Part shown: positions 20,795-30,495 of the stretch, piece after piece
How positions within the stretch are numbered: the first letter of the stretch is position 1
How the letters are laid out: every line of letters starts with the position of its first letter
DNA from: Bacteroidota bacterium
GTDB taxonomy: Bacteria > Bacteroidota > Bacteroidia > UKL13-3
Reading direction: 5' to 3'
Assembly: GCA_027488905.1 (NCBI GenBank)
Contig: JAIYAT010000010.1
Location: 213,061-277,060, forward strand
Length of the DNA stretch: 64,000 nt
Translations under genes and position numbers: made by a program
Notes under the pieces: model-generated
Told to the model about the DNA's origin: nothing
The model's database searches: none
The model's input: only the letters and a program-made list of their open reading frames with translations

Positions 20795-20827
20795 TTCGGT
20801 TTGAACCGAAAGGCTTAACATAAACAC

Positions 20828-21697
20828 ATGGCCAATTTAAAAGAAGTAAGGATAAGGATTGCATCGGTAAACTCAACGCAACAAATCACCAAGGCGATGA
20901 AGCTGGTGAGTGCAACCAAGTTGAGACGTGCGCAGAACGCCATTCTGCAAATGAGACCCTATGCACAAAAGCTAAACGGGATTTTGGCAAATCTTTCAGA
21001 CTCAATGGATATTGATTCTTTAAAAGTGTATTTTGACCAACGCCCAATTAACAACGTGCTATTGGTAGTAATTACCTCGGATAGGGGATTGTGCGGTTCG
21101 TTTAATGCCAATGTAATTAAACTAGCCAACAAGCTTATCCGCGAAGATTATGCAGGAAAGAACATTACCATTTTGCCAGTAGGCAGAAAAGGAGCAGATT
21201 TCTTTGCAAAAGCAGAAGGCGTAAAAGTGAATGCTTCTTTTAAAGAAACTTTGCAAAACCTAAATGCCAAAGCAGGTTTTGAAATTGGAGAATACGTTTT
21301 GAACCAATACAGCGCTGGTAAGTTTGACAAGGTAGAAGTGGTATACAATCAGTTTAAGAATGCGGCAACGCAAATTTTAAGCAACGATGCTTTTCTACCT
21401 ATTGCAAAACAAGCTGGCGCACAAGCTTCGAAAACAGATTTTATTTTTGAGCCAGGTAAAGAAGAAATCTTGTTAGAGTTAATTCCAAGAATTTTAAAGA
21501 CCCAGATTTACCGCTCATTGTTAGATTCATTTGCTTCTGAACATGGTGCCCGTATGGTGGCCATGGATAAGGCAACAGACAATGCTGGTGAATTAATTAA
21601 AGCCTTAAAATTAGAATACAACCGTGCCCGTCAGGCAGCCATTACCACAGAGATTTCTGAAATCGTAGGTGGAGCCGCCGCCTTGAGTGGAGCCTAA
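20828..21697 (+). CDS. atpG: F1 ATP synthase subunit gamma
   Basis: ITKAMKLV, SDRGLCG, RQAAITTEISEIV.GA. Confidence 0.99.
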   Translation: MANLKEVRIRIASVNSTQQITKAMKLVSATKLRRAQNAILQMRPYAQKLNGILANLSDSMDIDSLKVYFDQRPINNVLLVVITSDRGLCGSFNANVIKLANKLIREDYAGKNITILPVGRKGADFFAKAEGVKVNASFKETLQNLNAKAGFEIGEYVLNQYSAGKFDKVEVVYNQFKNAATQILSNDAFLPIAKQAGAQASKTDFIFEPGKEEILLELIPRILKTQIYRSLLDSFASEHGARMVAMDKATDNAGELIKALKLEYNRARQAAITTEISEIVGGAAALSGA

Positions 21698-21717
21698 TTA
21701 GGTGTAACATACATTAC

Positions 21718-21759
21718 AAACAGCCGAATCACGAGAAGTGGTTCGGCTGTTTTTGTTTT
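21718..21759 (+). terminator. Intrinsic terminator of the atp operon
   Basis: AAACAGCCGAATCAC-GAGAA-GTGGTTCGGCTGTTT plus T-rich tail. Confidence 0.85.
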
Positions 21760-21811
21760 GTAAGTGCCTTTATACTAATTAAAAAGAATAGTTTATTTGA
21801 TTGATTGACTT

Positions 21812-22864
21812 TTAGGCAAAGGCACTAGGAATAGCCTTTTTTATTTGTTTGGATATTTTTTTCTCAATAAACTCATACACTATGACTGATGCGATGATTG
21901 TGACCAAAACTTGAAGTAAAAAAATAAAATATGGTTTGTACGAAAAACTGTAAGGTTGCAGTGCCAAAGGGGTTAAATGAATTATAAAAGGATGAACTAG
22001 ATAAATAGAGTATGAAATATCTCCAAGGTAAACCAAAAACTTATGAGGTTTAGGGACACGTTCTAATTTTTCTAGTTGAATTAAGGAAAAAACCAAAAAG
22101 CCGCAGATAATTAAATCTGAAAGGTAAAATTGAATTAATCCGAAGTAGAAAAGGATAAAAATTAGTAGTGATAATCCTGTAAGAAGGTAGGCAACTTTTT
22201 TATTAAGTTTAATCTTGTCATACATGTTGCCGATAATTACCCCTAATAAAAACTGCAAAAGTAATGGGCTGGAGATTTGATTCAAAAAAAATGAATTGAA
22301 ATATGTAGGATGGTACTTAGTTAAATCAATTTGCAGATTAAAGAAACTAGGTAAAATAAAAACGAGACCTAAAATAGCGCAGTATATAAAGTAAAATCTA
22401 AGTTTTGAGAAGAACAAAGAAAATGCAAAAATTAAATAGAAAAACATCTCGTAATTCAAAGTCCATCCAACATACAATGGTGGGAATTTTGCAATTGGTA
22501 TAAAGGTTAAAATCTTGATTAAACTTATTATCCCAGAAAAATCTAATAAGTATAATTTGAGATTATTTTCAAGGAATATTATCCAAGAAAGAGTTAAAAT
22601 ACAGTAAAGAGGTGCAATTCTTGCCACCCTTTTTATTAAGAAATTTTTGAAGTTAATCAATGGTGATTGATTTGATATTCTTGTAGTTTGAACCATTAGA
22701 AAACCACTTAAAATAAAGAAAATCTGAATTCCCAAAAAACCATTTCTAAATAATAAATCTCCTAAATTGAATGAACCTATGTTAAGTCCTATTCTTGCAT
22801 GAAAGCAGCAGACAAGAATAGCTGCAATACCTCTAAGAACTTGTAAGTATTCAATTTTTTTCAT
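21812..22864 (-). CDS. Acyltransferase-3 (OafA-like) membrane O-acyltransferase
   Basis: LRGIAA.LV..FH, FFILSGF, KR.ARI.PLY, GWTLNYEM.FY, LG.ISYSIYL.H. Confidence 0.92.
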   Translation of the reverse strand: MKKIEYLQVLRGIAAILVCCFHARIGLNIGSFNLGDLLFRNGFLGIQIFFILSGFLMVQTTRISNQSPLINFKNFLIKRVARIAPLYCILTLSWIIFLENNLKLYLLDFSGIISLIKILTFIPIAKFPPLYVGWTLNYEMFFYLIFAFSLFFSKLRFYFIYCAILGLVFILPSFFNLQIDLTKYHPTYFNSFFLNQISSPLLLQFLLGVIIGNMYDKIKLNKKVAYLLTGLSLLIFILFYFGLIQFYLSDLIICGFLVFSLIQLEKLERVPKPHKFLVYLGDISYSIYLVHPFIIHLTPLALQPYSFSYKPYFIFLLQVLVTIIASVIVYEFIEKKISKQIKKAIPSAFA

Positions 22865-23118
22865 AGTTTAAAATATTCTTGGAAGTAAAATCACTCAACA
22901 AATATGAAATATTCCTAATTGATAAGAAACATTAGTTATAATAATCAATTTGGAGGTAAATAGGATTATTTAAGTATTGTAAGCCAACCTGAATGCCACA
23001 TAAGATTAAATTCCAAAGTTTATTTCTTGATTTGTGAGTTGTTAAGGGCACTTTTCAAAATAAAATAATGATGAATTAAAATATCACTTATTTTTACGGC
23101 CATAAAATTTTATACAAG

Positions 23119-23553
23119 ATGGCAAAAGCAGAAATACACACCGCCAAAGGCGTTATGACCGTTGAATTCTTTGAGAAAGACGCTCCCAATACCGTTGCAA
23201 ACTTTTTAAAATTAGCCAAAAGTGGCTTTTATGATGGGGTTAGTTTCCATCGTGTAATTCCTGATTTTGTGATCCAAGGTGGAGACCCAACTGGCACTGG
23301 TGCAGGTGGTCCTGGATACAAAATTAATTGCGAATTGGACGGCGAAAACCAATTTCATGACAGAGGCGTTCTTTCTATGGCACATGCTGGAAGAAACACA
23401 GGTGGCTCTCAATTCTTTATTTGCCATAGCCGCAAAAATACTGCTCACCTAGACAGAAACCATACTTGCTTTGGCAAAGTTGTAGATGGTCTTGATGTAA
23501 TTGATGCCATCCGTCAAGGTGATGTGATGACCAAGGTGGTTGTGGTAGAGTAG
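23119..23553 (+). CDS. Cyclophilin-type peptidyl-prolyl isomerase
   Basis: [30 protein letters not shown]. Confidence 0.97.
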   Translation: MAKAEIHTAKGVMTVEFFEKDAPNTVANFLKLAKSGFYDGVSFHRVIPDFVIQGGDPTGTGAGGPGYKINCELDGENQFHDRGVLSMAHAGRNTGGSQFFICHSRKNTAHLDRNHTCFGKVVDGLDVIDAIRQGDVMTKVVVVE

Positions 23554-23611
23554 TCCATGGTCGATAGACCATAGACCATTGTAATCTACCAGAAGCTAAT
23601 TGCCAGCAGCC
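23553..23611. repeat. Degenerate heptamer tandem repeats
   Basis: GTCCATG GTCGATA GACCATA GACCATT (23553-23580), then ACCAGAA GCTAATT GCCAGCA. Confidence 0.55.
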
Positions 23612-24702
23612 CTTATTGCAAGCTTAATCATCGTTTTAAACGACATGTCTGGGTGTGCAATTTGGTTGACGGTTCCTACTATAAACATATTTTCTTTTGG
23701 ACTGTAGTACGCCAATGCGCCAGATAATCCTGAGTGCCCAATAAAAACAGGTACTGCGCCAGTGGGGTTAAACATCCAAGGCAACTTAAATAAATGCAAA
23801 CCTACACCCGATTGCATGGGGAAGAAGATTTTGTTCCAAACTTGCATCCAATCTAAATAGGTTTTAGGGAATAATTTTCCTGTAAAATAAGCTTCAATAA
23901 ATACCAACATGTCTTGGTTGGTAGAAACCATGCCTCCGTCTGCGCCAAACGAACACATGGCTTTTGGGATGTTTAGCGGAGCTGCTTCGTAATACAAAGC
24001 TTTGGGTTTACTATCGCTTATGTCTGCATAAAGATAGGTGTTCGTAAGTCCAAGTGGTTTTAGGATGTGCTCTTGGCAATTTTCTAAATATGGTTTTCCA
24101 GAAACTACCTCAATAATTTTTCCCAACATTTGGAAATTTGCATCCGAGTAATGCGCTTTTCCTTTGGTGCCAGGTGCAAATAAGGGTTTCATGTTTTTGG
24201 TTCGAACCAACACCTCTTCAAAAGACCAAAATTGGTCGTTTCCCTCTTTGAGTGCGTCTTCTAAGCTCTTGCCATTTGGCCCCTTGTCTTGAAAATAATC
24301 GGGTAGGCCAGAGGTATGCGCTAAAAGTTGTCTAAGTGTGATGTCGAAAGAATATTCTTTTCCCTTATAAACATGCAAGCCTTTGAGCAAATTGCTATCT
24401 ATATATTTACTAATTTTATCGTCTAAGTCTAAGATTTTTTGTGAATGAAACTTTAGGATAATTGCACTGGTAAACAACTTGGTGGTACTCGCTATAAAAT
24501 AGGCTTGGTTCAAACCGATATTACCCGCTGCGCCTTCCCAAACAAAGCTGTCTTTTTTGATGGCAAAGGTGCTACCCAAGATTTTCTTTTGGTCGACTGT
24601 TTTGTTAAGAATTTGCTGTAGGTCGTTTTTGCAAGTTTCGGTTTGAGCCAAACTAGAAGTGAGTTGCATAAATAAGATTGCTAAAGTGAGAATTGTGCGC
24701 AT
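23596..24702 (-). CDS. Serine hydrolase, beta-lactamase/PBP-like family
   Basis: ASTTK (SxxK), LLAHTSG, YSD, GHSG; signal peptide from ATG 24702. Confidence 0.9.
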   Translation of the reverse strand: MRTILTLAILFMQLTSSLAQTETCKNDLQQILNKTVDQKKILGSTFAIKKDSFVWEGAAGNIGLNQAYFIASTTKLFTSAIILKFHSQKILDLDDKISKYIDSNLLKGLHVYKGKEYSFDITLRQLLAHTSGLPDYFQDKGPNGKSLEDALKEGNDQFWSFEEVLVRTKNMKPLFAPGTKGKAHYSDANFQMLGKIIEVVSGKPYLENCQEHILKPLGLTNTYLYADISDSKPKALYYEAAPLNIPKAMCSFGADGGMVSTNQDMLVFIEAYFTGKLFPKTYLDWMQVWNKIFFPMQSGVGLHLFKLPWMFNPTGAVPVFIGHSGLSGALAYYSPKENMFIVGTVNQIAHPDMSFKTMIKLAIRAAGN

Positions 24703-24771
24703 AATATAAGAATTTCTTGAGGGCAAAGTTCTTACTTAAGACTAGCATTAATTTTACCATTGGGTAAAAAA

Positions 24772-25356
24772 TCATTTAATCACTTTTTTGATTCTGCTTA
24801 AACTTTGAGGTGTGATGCCTAAATAAGAAGCAATATGGTTTTGCGCAATTCTATTTTGAATATTTGGGAACATTTGTAGCATAATTTGGTAACGCTCTTT
24901 AGCCGAAAGTGTAAGCAATTCTATCTGTTGTTGCTGTTTGCCAACAAAAGACATTTCTGCTGCCACCAAGCGAATGATTTTGCCAATAGGCTGCTGCGTG
25001 ATGAGGTCGTAGCTGTTTGTGGTCATTCTAAGCATTTCGGTATTTTCTAGGGCAACCACTTGTAAAGGCGTAACTTGTTTGGTGAGCAAAGACATATAGT
25101 CGGCACAAAATTGTTGATCGAAGGCAAAGTCGAGGCACACAAAATTATTTTCTTTCCAGAGAAAAATTCCCACGCTTCCTTTGAGTATAAAATAGAAATA
25201 GCGTTCCTTAGAATTTTCTGCCTTTATAACTTCATCCTTTTTAAACTGCACCACTTCGCAATGCGAAACAAACTCATCCCAAGTTTCTATTGGTGCGTTA
25301 AAGAAGGTATCAAAGGTGTTTTTGAGAAGTATGGAGTAGGATTCGGGATTTTGCAT
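24772..25356 (-). CDS. Crp/Fnr-family cNMP-binding regulator
   Basis: YFILKG, ALENT, AKERY, IASYLGITPQSLSRI. Confidence 0.93.
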   Translation of the reverse strand: MQNPESYSILLKNTFDTFFNAPIETWDEFVSHCEVVQFKKDEVIKAENSKERYFYFILKGSVGIFLWKENNFVCLDFAFDQQFCADYMSLLTKQVTPLQVVALENTEMLRMTTNSYDLITQQPIGKIIRLVAAEMSFVGKQQQQIELLTLSAKERYQIMLQMFPNIQNRIAQNHIASYLGITPQSLSRIKKVIK

Positions 25357-25413
25357 GTATTATATTTTGGTTGAATTTTATGAACCAAATTAAGACTTTC
25401 AGATGCAGATTCT

Positions 25414-25842
25414 TTAATTACTTTTAACTCTTTCCCAAGATTCTGTTGCATAAAACATTCCCCAATAGCCCCTTAATCTCAAGGTGTTATTTTCAATCCA
25501 AATTTTACCTGTATAAGTTTTACCATCTCTGCTGTCATAAATGCTGCCATTGATAAATTCTTCTCCTTTTTTCTCAAAGCCCCATAATAATACAGAACCT
25601 AATAAGGGTGAATTTCTTTTACTTTCATTTGGATTATTGTCATCTAACCAAGCTTTGCCTGTTTTAGGATTGATAGGTTGTTTTAACCAAACAATTTTAC
25701 CATAATATTTACCTGCGGTATAGAATATTTCAATATGTGCGTCTTTATCGGCGGTTATCCATTTACCTAGAATTTTCTCGGGCGTTTGAGCAGTTAAAAA
25801 GTTTGTGACAAATAATAAAATGATTATAAGTAACTTCTTCAT
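25414..25842 (-). CDS. DUF2147-family secreted protein
   Basis: Signal peptide; G.W.T, YYGKIVW, D..NP, G.IYD..DGK.Y, L.LRGY.G, W.R. Confidence 0.88.
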   Translation of the reverse strand: MKKLLIIILLFVTNFLTAQTPEKILGKWITADKDAHIEIFYTAGKYYGKIVWLKQPINPKTGKAWLDDNNPNESKRNSPLLGSVLLWGFEKKGEEFINGSIYDSRDGKTYTGKIWIENNTLRLRGYWGMFYATESWERVKSN

Positions 25843-25903
25843 TTGAGGTTTTTGATGATTTATTTTTTAGAATGGATGGGCAAATAGGAGAACGCCGACT
25901 ATG

Positions 25904-26482
25904 CTATTTTGTTTTTCGTCCTAAATCTACCATTTTTTCGAGCCAAGATTTTCTAAATGAATCACTAGAATTTCTAAGTGTTGCGATATAAGTTACTTTC
26001 ACTGGGTTGATGCCACAAAACTGTAAGGTTCCTCTTTTGAATTGTTTAATAGCAGGGCTTCCCATAAAGAGATAGTCATACCACCTTGGCGTATCGGCAG
26101 TAATAATTAATTGAGCAGTTTTGCCTGTAAATAATTTTTTAGGCAGGGGCTTTCCTTCTACGTATTCAAATGCAATTCCTGGCAAAAAGGTGCGATCTAT
26201 AAAGCCTTTTAACAAAGCCGGAATACCATACCACCACATAGGAAAGAACCAAACTAAATGTTCTGCTTTTTTAATTTTTTCCAAAGCCATTACTAAATCA
26301 GGTTCTAGCTCAGTTCTTTTTCTGTACCCATATTGTAAAATAGGATTAAAAGTTAGGTCGGTTAAATTGATAACTTCAACTTCCCAAACAGACCTATCTA
26401 AACCCACTTCAAACGATTGAGAAAGCGCATGGTTGAAGCTTTCTTTGTCGGGGTGTGAGTTGATGATAAGAAGATTTTTCAT
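25904..26482 (-). CDS. Flavodoxin-fold NAD(P)H-dependent (quinone) oxidoreductase
   Basis: SHPDKESFN, P.WWY..PA.LKGFIDR. Confidence 0.92.
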   Translation of the reverse strand: MKNLLIINSHPDKESFNHALSQSFEVGLDRSVWEVEVINLTDLTFNPILQYGYRKRTELEPDLVMALEKIKKAEHLVWFFPMWWYGIPALLKGFIDRTFLPGIAFEYVEGKPLPKKLFTGKTAQLIITADTPRWYDYLFMGSPAIKQFKRGTLQFCGINPVKVTYIATLRNSSDSFRKSWLEKMVDLGRKTK

Positions 26483-26865
26483 GCTTTTGTTGGTGAAAGT
26501 TTAAAGATAATTAGACTTGCAACAAATGCTTCTAGTAAGCTTAAAGGAATTGCAATAGGTAAAATTTTAAACGGCAAAACATTCAAATTGCCAATGACCA
26601 GCCACATCATCACAAAGCCAATAAACCACGCAAATAGAGCGGTTTGAACCGAGCTAAATTTTCTGCTAAAAATGTAAATTGATACAGCAAAGCAAAGCGA
26701 CCAAATGCCCCAAACTGCACCGTTGATAGATTGTTCTGGAAAGGTTTGCCCAAGGTTTTTGTAGTGTTCTACCCAATGCGAATGCAACAAAAAAGTGTTT
26801 CGCACAAACTCAGAAATGCTAATCCAAAAGGTGGCAAGCAAGATGGCAAGAAATGTGTTTTTCAT
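26479..26865 (-). CDS. Four-TM hypothetical membrane protein
   Basis: Hydrophobic helices, WIS.SEF.RN; overlaps the next start. Confidence 0.8.
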   Translation of the reverse strand: MKNTFLAILLATFWISISEFVRNTFLLHSHWVEHYKNLGQTFPEQSINGAVWGIWSLCFAVSIYIFSRKFSSVQTALFAWFIGFVMMWLVIGNLNVLPFKILPIAIPLSLLEAFVASLIIFKLSPTKA

Positions 26866-26900
26866 AGTAGTGTAAAGGTAAAAAAGTTCTCTAGAAATCT

Positions 26901-26908
26901 TAGCTTTG
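26901..26908 (+). promoter_or_regulatory. Putative -7 element of the serS promoter
   Basis: TAGCTTTG. Confidence 0.6.
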
Positions 26909-26923
26909 CCTTCAAATTAAATT

Positions 26924-26958
26924 GCCAGTGGCCAGAAGCCAGCGGCCAGAAGCTACAC
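26924..26958 (+). repeat. Heptamer tandem repeat in the serS leader
   Basis: GCCAGTG GCCAGAA GCCAGCG GCCAGAA GCTACAC. Confidence 0.75.
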
Positions 26959-26959
26959 T

Positions 26960-28228
26960 ATGCTAACACTACAATACTTACGCGAACAAACTGCCGAAGC
27001 AAAAACTAGGATCAATAAGAAAAACCCAAAACATGTTGAAACCATTGATTTGGTTTTGAAATTAGATGAAGAAGGTAGAAAGGCCAAAGCCCTAATGGAG
27101 GCAAACCAAGCCGAAGCCAATGCAATTGCCAAGAAAATTGGCGAACTCATGAAGTCAGGCGACAAGGCTGGTGCCGAAACTTTAAAAGCACAAACTGCCC
27201 AATTAAAGGAAGCTGGAAAGACCTTAGAAGAAAGTTATAAGCAATTAGAAGTTCAACTGAATGAAGCCTTGGTTACTATTCCAAATTTACCACATACTTC
27301 TGTGCCATTGGGTCAAACCCCAGAGGAGAACGAAAATATTTATGAGCATGGCACTATTCCAACATTGCCCGCAGATGCCGTTCCACATTGGGATTTAATT
27401 AAAAAATACGACCTTATAGATTTTGAATTAGGCGCAAAAATTACTGGGGCTGGATTTCCTGTTTACAAAGGCAAGGGTGCGCGCTTGCAGCGCGCCATGA
27501 TTAGCTTTTTCTTAGACGAAGCAATCAAAGCAGGCTATCAAGAAATTATGCCTCCCTTGTTAATCAATGCAGATAGTGGTTTTGGCACCGGACAATTGCC
27601 AGACAAGGAAGGCCAGATGTACCATGCCACGGTGGATGATTTGTATTTAATTCCGACCGCCGAAGTGCCCATTACCAACCTGTATCGCGATGTAATTGTA
27701 AAAGAAGAAGATTTGCCCATTAAGAATGTAGGTTATACGCCTTGTTTTAGAAGAGAAGCAGGCGCTTGGGGCGCACATGTAAGAGGTTTGAACCGATTAC
27801 ATCAGTTTGACAAAGTAGAGATAGTGCAAATTGCCCATCCTGACAAGTCTTATGAGATTTTAGAAGAAATGGTGAAGCATGTGCAAGGCTTGTTAGAGAA
27901 GTTAGAGTTGCCTTATCGTATTCTTAGGTTATGCGGTGGCGACATGAGCTTTTCTTCTGCTTTAACTTATGATTTTGAAACGTATAGTGCTGCACAAGGC
28001 CGTTGGTTAGAAGTTAGTTCAACTTCAAACTTCGAGAACTTTCAGAGCAACCGCATGAAGTGTAGGTTCAAAAATAAAGAGGGTAAAAACCAATTGGTGC
28101 ATACTTTAAATGGCTCGGCCTTGGCATTGCCTAGGATATTGGCTACCATGCTAGAGAACAACCAAACAGCAGATGGAATTAGGATTCCGAAGGCCTTGGT
28201 GCCGTATTGTGGGTTTGAGGTAATTTAG
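26960..28228 (+). CDS. serS: Serine--tRNA ligase
   Basis: LIPTAEVP, CFRREAG...RGLNRLHQFDKVE, HTLNGSALA.PR. Confidence 0.99.
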   Translation: MLTLQYLREQTAEAKTRINKKNPKHVETIDLVLKLDEEGRKAKALMEANQAEANAIAKKIGELMKSGDKAGAETLKAQTAQLKEAGKTLEESYKQLEVQLNEALVTIPNLPHTSVPLGQTPEENENIYEHGTIPTLPADAVPHWDLIKKYDLIDFELGAKITGAGFPVYKGKGARLQRAMISFFLDEAIKAGYQEIMPPLLINADSGFGTGQLPDKEGQMYHATVDDLYLIPTAEVPITNLYRDVIVKEEDLPIKNVGYTPCFRREAGAWGAHVRGLNRLHQFDKVEIVQIAHPDKSYEILEEMVKHVQGLLEKLELPYRILRLCGGDMSFSSALTYDFETYSAAQGRWLEVSSTSNFENFQSNRMKCRFKNKEGKNQLVHTLNGSALALPRILATMLENNQTADGIRIPKALVPYCGFEVI

Positions 28229-28365
28229 CAGCTGGCTTCTAGCACTTTCTCTACCCATCTTGTATTTTTGAATATTTACATTTTAATAGCAGCCATTAAA
28301 ATATATTTTCATTTGTTACAATCAAATTAAAATATAAATTGGCACTGTTAAAAACGTATTAAGAT

Positions 28366-30489
28366 ATGAAGAAATTCCACCTGTTTGCTTTCAGCTTTTT
28401 GTTATGTCAATTTGCTTTTAGTCAAATGCTTAGAAACCCATCTGGAATTTATTTTAACCAAACCACTATTACTGAATTTACGATTACTAATGCGCTAAAA
28501 AATAGTAAACTGCCCAAACCATATACGCAACAAGATTGGGAAAGCAATTTATCATCTGCAGATAGTCACAATATTTACTTAGAAAGTAGAATCTTAGAGC
28601 TTAGGCGGCAGAGAACAGACCTTGCTTTAAAACTTAAAAAAGTGCTCAGCAATCAGGATGTTTCGAGTTTGTTAAAGCTAGCACAGAACAAAAGAGATAG
28701 CCTAAAACTTGTACCTCAAAAAACGCAAGACTCTTTGGCCGAAATTGGTTTAAAAGGCAATTATATCTGTGTCGTTCGCGCGCTTGGTTCAGCCAAAACC
28801 AATACAGATTATTTGCTTAGAACAAATAAAGCAATAGGGAAAATGGCTGTTTCAGATTTAAACAAAGTATTTTTTAATAGTTTTATAGACCAAAAGAAAG
28901 GATTGTTTGATACCACTGCTCTAAAACCTATACTTAAAGGGAAGGCAAACCCTCACGGAAATTCATTTTATTTAAGTTTAACTTCTAATAAAAAATTCTT
29001 TTTGTTAGGGGTGGCCTTGGAGGTTAATCCGCTAAAGTTAGACGCTCAAAAAGAAACTGCTGCTTCGCCAGTTTCTCAAGTAGTGGCTTGCATCAATATG
29101 TTGCAAGACGAAACAAAAATAAAAAGTGATTTGAAGAAGGTTGGGATTAATGAAGCTGATATTACCAAAGTCTTTCAGTCGTATAAACAGTCTCTGTTTG
29201 CAGATCAAATCTCTCAGCATAATTTGAAGAAACTAGAAGCTGCAAAGAAGTTAAATGCAGAAGGGAAAGCCAATTATCTCCGACTTCAAACAGATGTTGC
29301 AGATTTGGAGAGTTCAATGACAAATCATGAAAAGTTGGTAAATGATTTGCTTCAAGCCTTTAACTTACCTATTGCTTCAGGCAATAGCAAGCAAGAAATT
29401 AGGAGTTTGACCCAATTTATGCTTGGCAGAATGAAGCAAATGGAGGATAGCATTTTATATTATGTAAGTGAAAAATTTGAACATCTTGAAAACGAGGTAA
29501 ATCAAACAGGAAGTATTAGTTTAGATATGTCTAGGGTTGCTTTAGGTGGTTTGACCCAATTCAAAGCCCGCAAAAGCGTATTTGGTTACTTGCAGTTTTT
29601 TAAATTCAAAGAGGGTCTGCTGGTAAGCAATGCTGTGGAAAAGGAAGTAAATTTTACCAGAGAAGTTAAGGAGTTTTGGATGATGCCAATTCAGGTTCAA
29701 ACCAATAAGTACAGGGTAGGAATGATTGCTCGTTACAAAATTGTGAAGGGAAATGCCATTCCAGATGAAGATACAACAACCTGTGAAGCTTGCACAGATT
29801 TACAAAGAAGGGTAGCAGAAGAAATTGCTTCAAACATGGTAAGTATTTCTGGTGGGACATTTATGATGGGCTGCAATGCTGGGGATTCTACCTGTCAGAA
29901 AGATGAATATCCCAGCCATTCTGTTACATTAAGTGATTTTAAAATGAGTAAATTTGAGGTAACGCAAAGTCAATGGCTAGTTATTATGAATACTAAGCCT
30001 AGTGATTTCAAGGAATGTCAAGAATGTCCAGTTGAACAAGTAAGCTGGGAAGATGCACAAGCTTTTATAACCAAGTTAAATAAACTAACTGGCAAAGCCT
30101 ATAGGTTGCCAACTGAAGCAGAATGGGAATATGCAGCAAAGGCTAATAAAAATGAACTATATTCAGGTTCAAATAACTTAAAAGAAGTTGCTTGGTTTGG
30201 GGATAATTCGGGCAATGAAACCCATATTGTTGGTCAATTGAGCGCAAATTCATTTGGTCTTTACGACATGAGTGGAAACGTTTGGGAATGGTGCAATGAT
30301 TGGTATGGCCCTTATTCTATCAATGACCAGACTAACCCACAAGGCCCAAGTAATGGGCTGTATCGCGTGATTCGTGGAGGAAGTTGGAACAATAAAGCCA
30401 AGAGTTGTAAAGTATCTGCTCGTTATAACAATACCAGAACCAACAGGTATTTTAACCTTGGTTTCAGATTGGTTCAAACACTAAAATAA
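28366..30489 (+). CDS. Secreted protein with long helical N-terminus and C-terminal FGE-sulfatase (SUMF1-like, C-type lectin fold) domain
   Basis: GGTFMMG, EVTQ.QW, PVE.VSW.DA, RLPTEAEWEYAA, GLYDMSGNVWEW, RGGSW, GFRLV. Confidence 0.9.
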   Translation: MKKFHLFAFSFLLCQFAFSQMLRNPSGIYFNQTTITEFTITNALKNSKLPKPYTQQDWESNLSSADSHNIYLESRILELRRQRTDLALKLKKVLSNQDVSSLLKLAQNKRDSLKLVPQKTQDSLAEIGLKGNYICVVRALGSAKTNTDYLLRTNKAIGKMAVSDLNKVFFNSFIDQKKGLFDTTALKPILKGKANPHGNSFYLSLTSNKKFFLLGVALEVNPLKLDAQKETAASPVSQVVACINMLQDETKIKSDLKKVGINEADITKVFQSYKQSLFADQISQHNLKKLEAAKKLNAEGKANYLRLQTDVADLESSMTNHEKLVNDLLQAFNLPIASGNSKQEIRSLTQFMLGRMKQMEDSILYYVSEKFEHLENEVNQTGSISLDMSRVALGGLTQFKARKSVFGYLQFFKFKEGLLVSNAVEKEVNFTREVKEFWMMPIQVQTNKYRVGMIARYKIVKGNAIPDEDTTTCEACTDLQRRVAEEIASNMVSISGGTFMMGCNAGDSTCQKDEYPSHSVTLSDFKMSKFEVTQSQWLVIMNTKPSDFKECQECPVEQVSWEDAQAFITKLNKLTGKAYRLPTEAEWEYAAKANKNELYSGSNNLKEVAWFGDNSGNETHIVGQLSANSFGLYDMSGNVWEWCNDWYGPYSINDQTNPQGPSNGLYRVIRGGSWNNKAKSCKVSARYNNTRTNRYFNLGFRLVQTLK

Positions 30490-30495
30490 AAAAGG

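Noticed and set aside
28366-30489. Complete diversity-generating retroelement
   Set aside because: No reverse transcriptase or template repeat seen in the window; kept only as a low-score lead.
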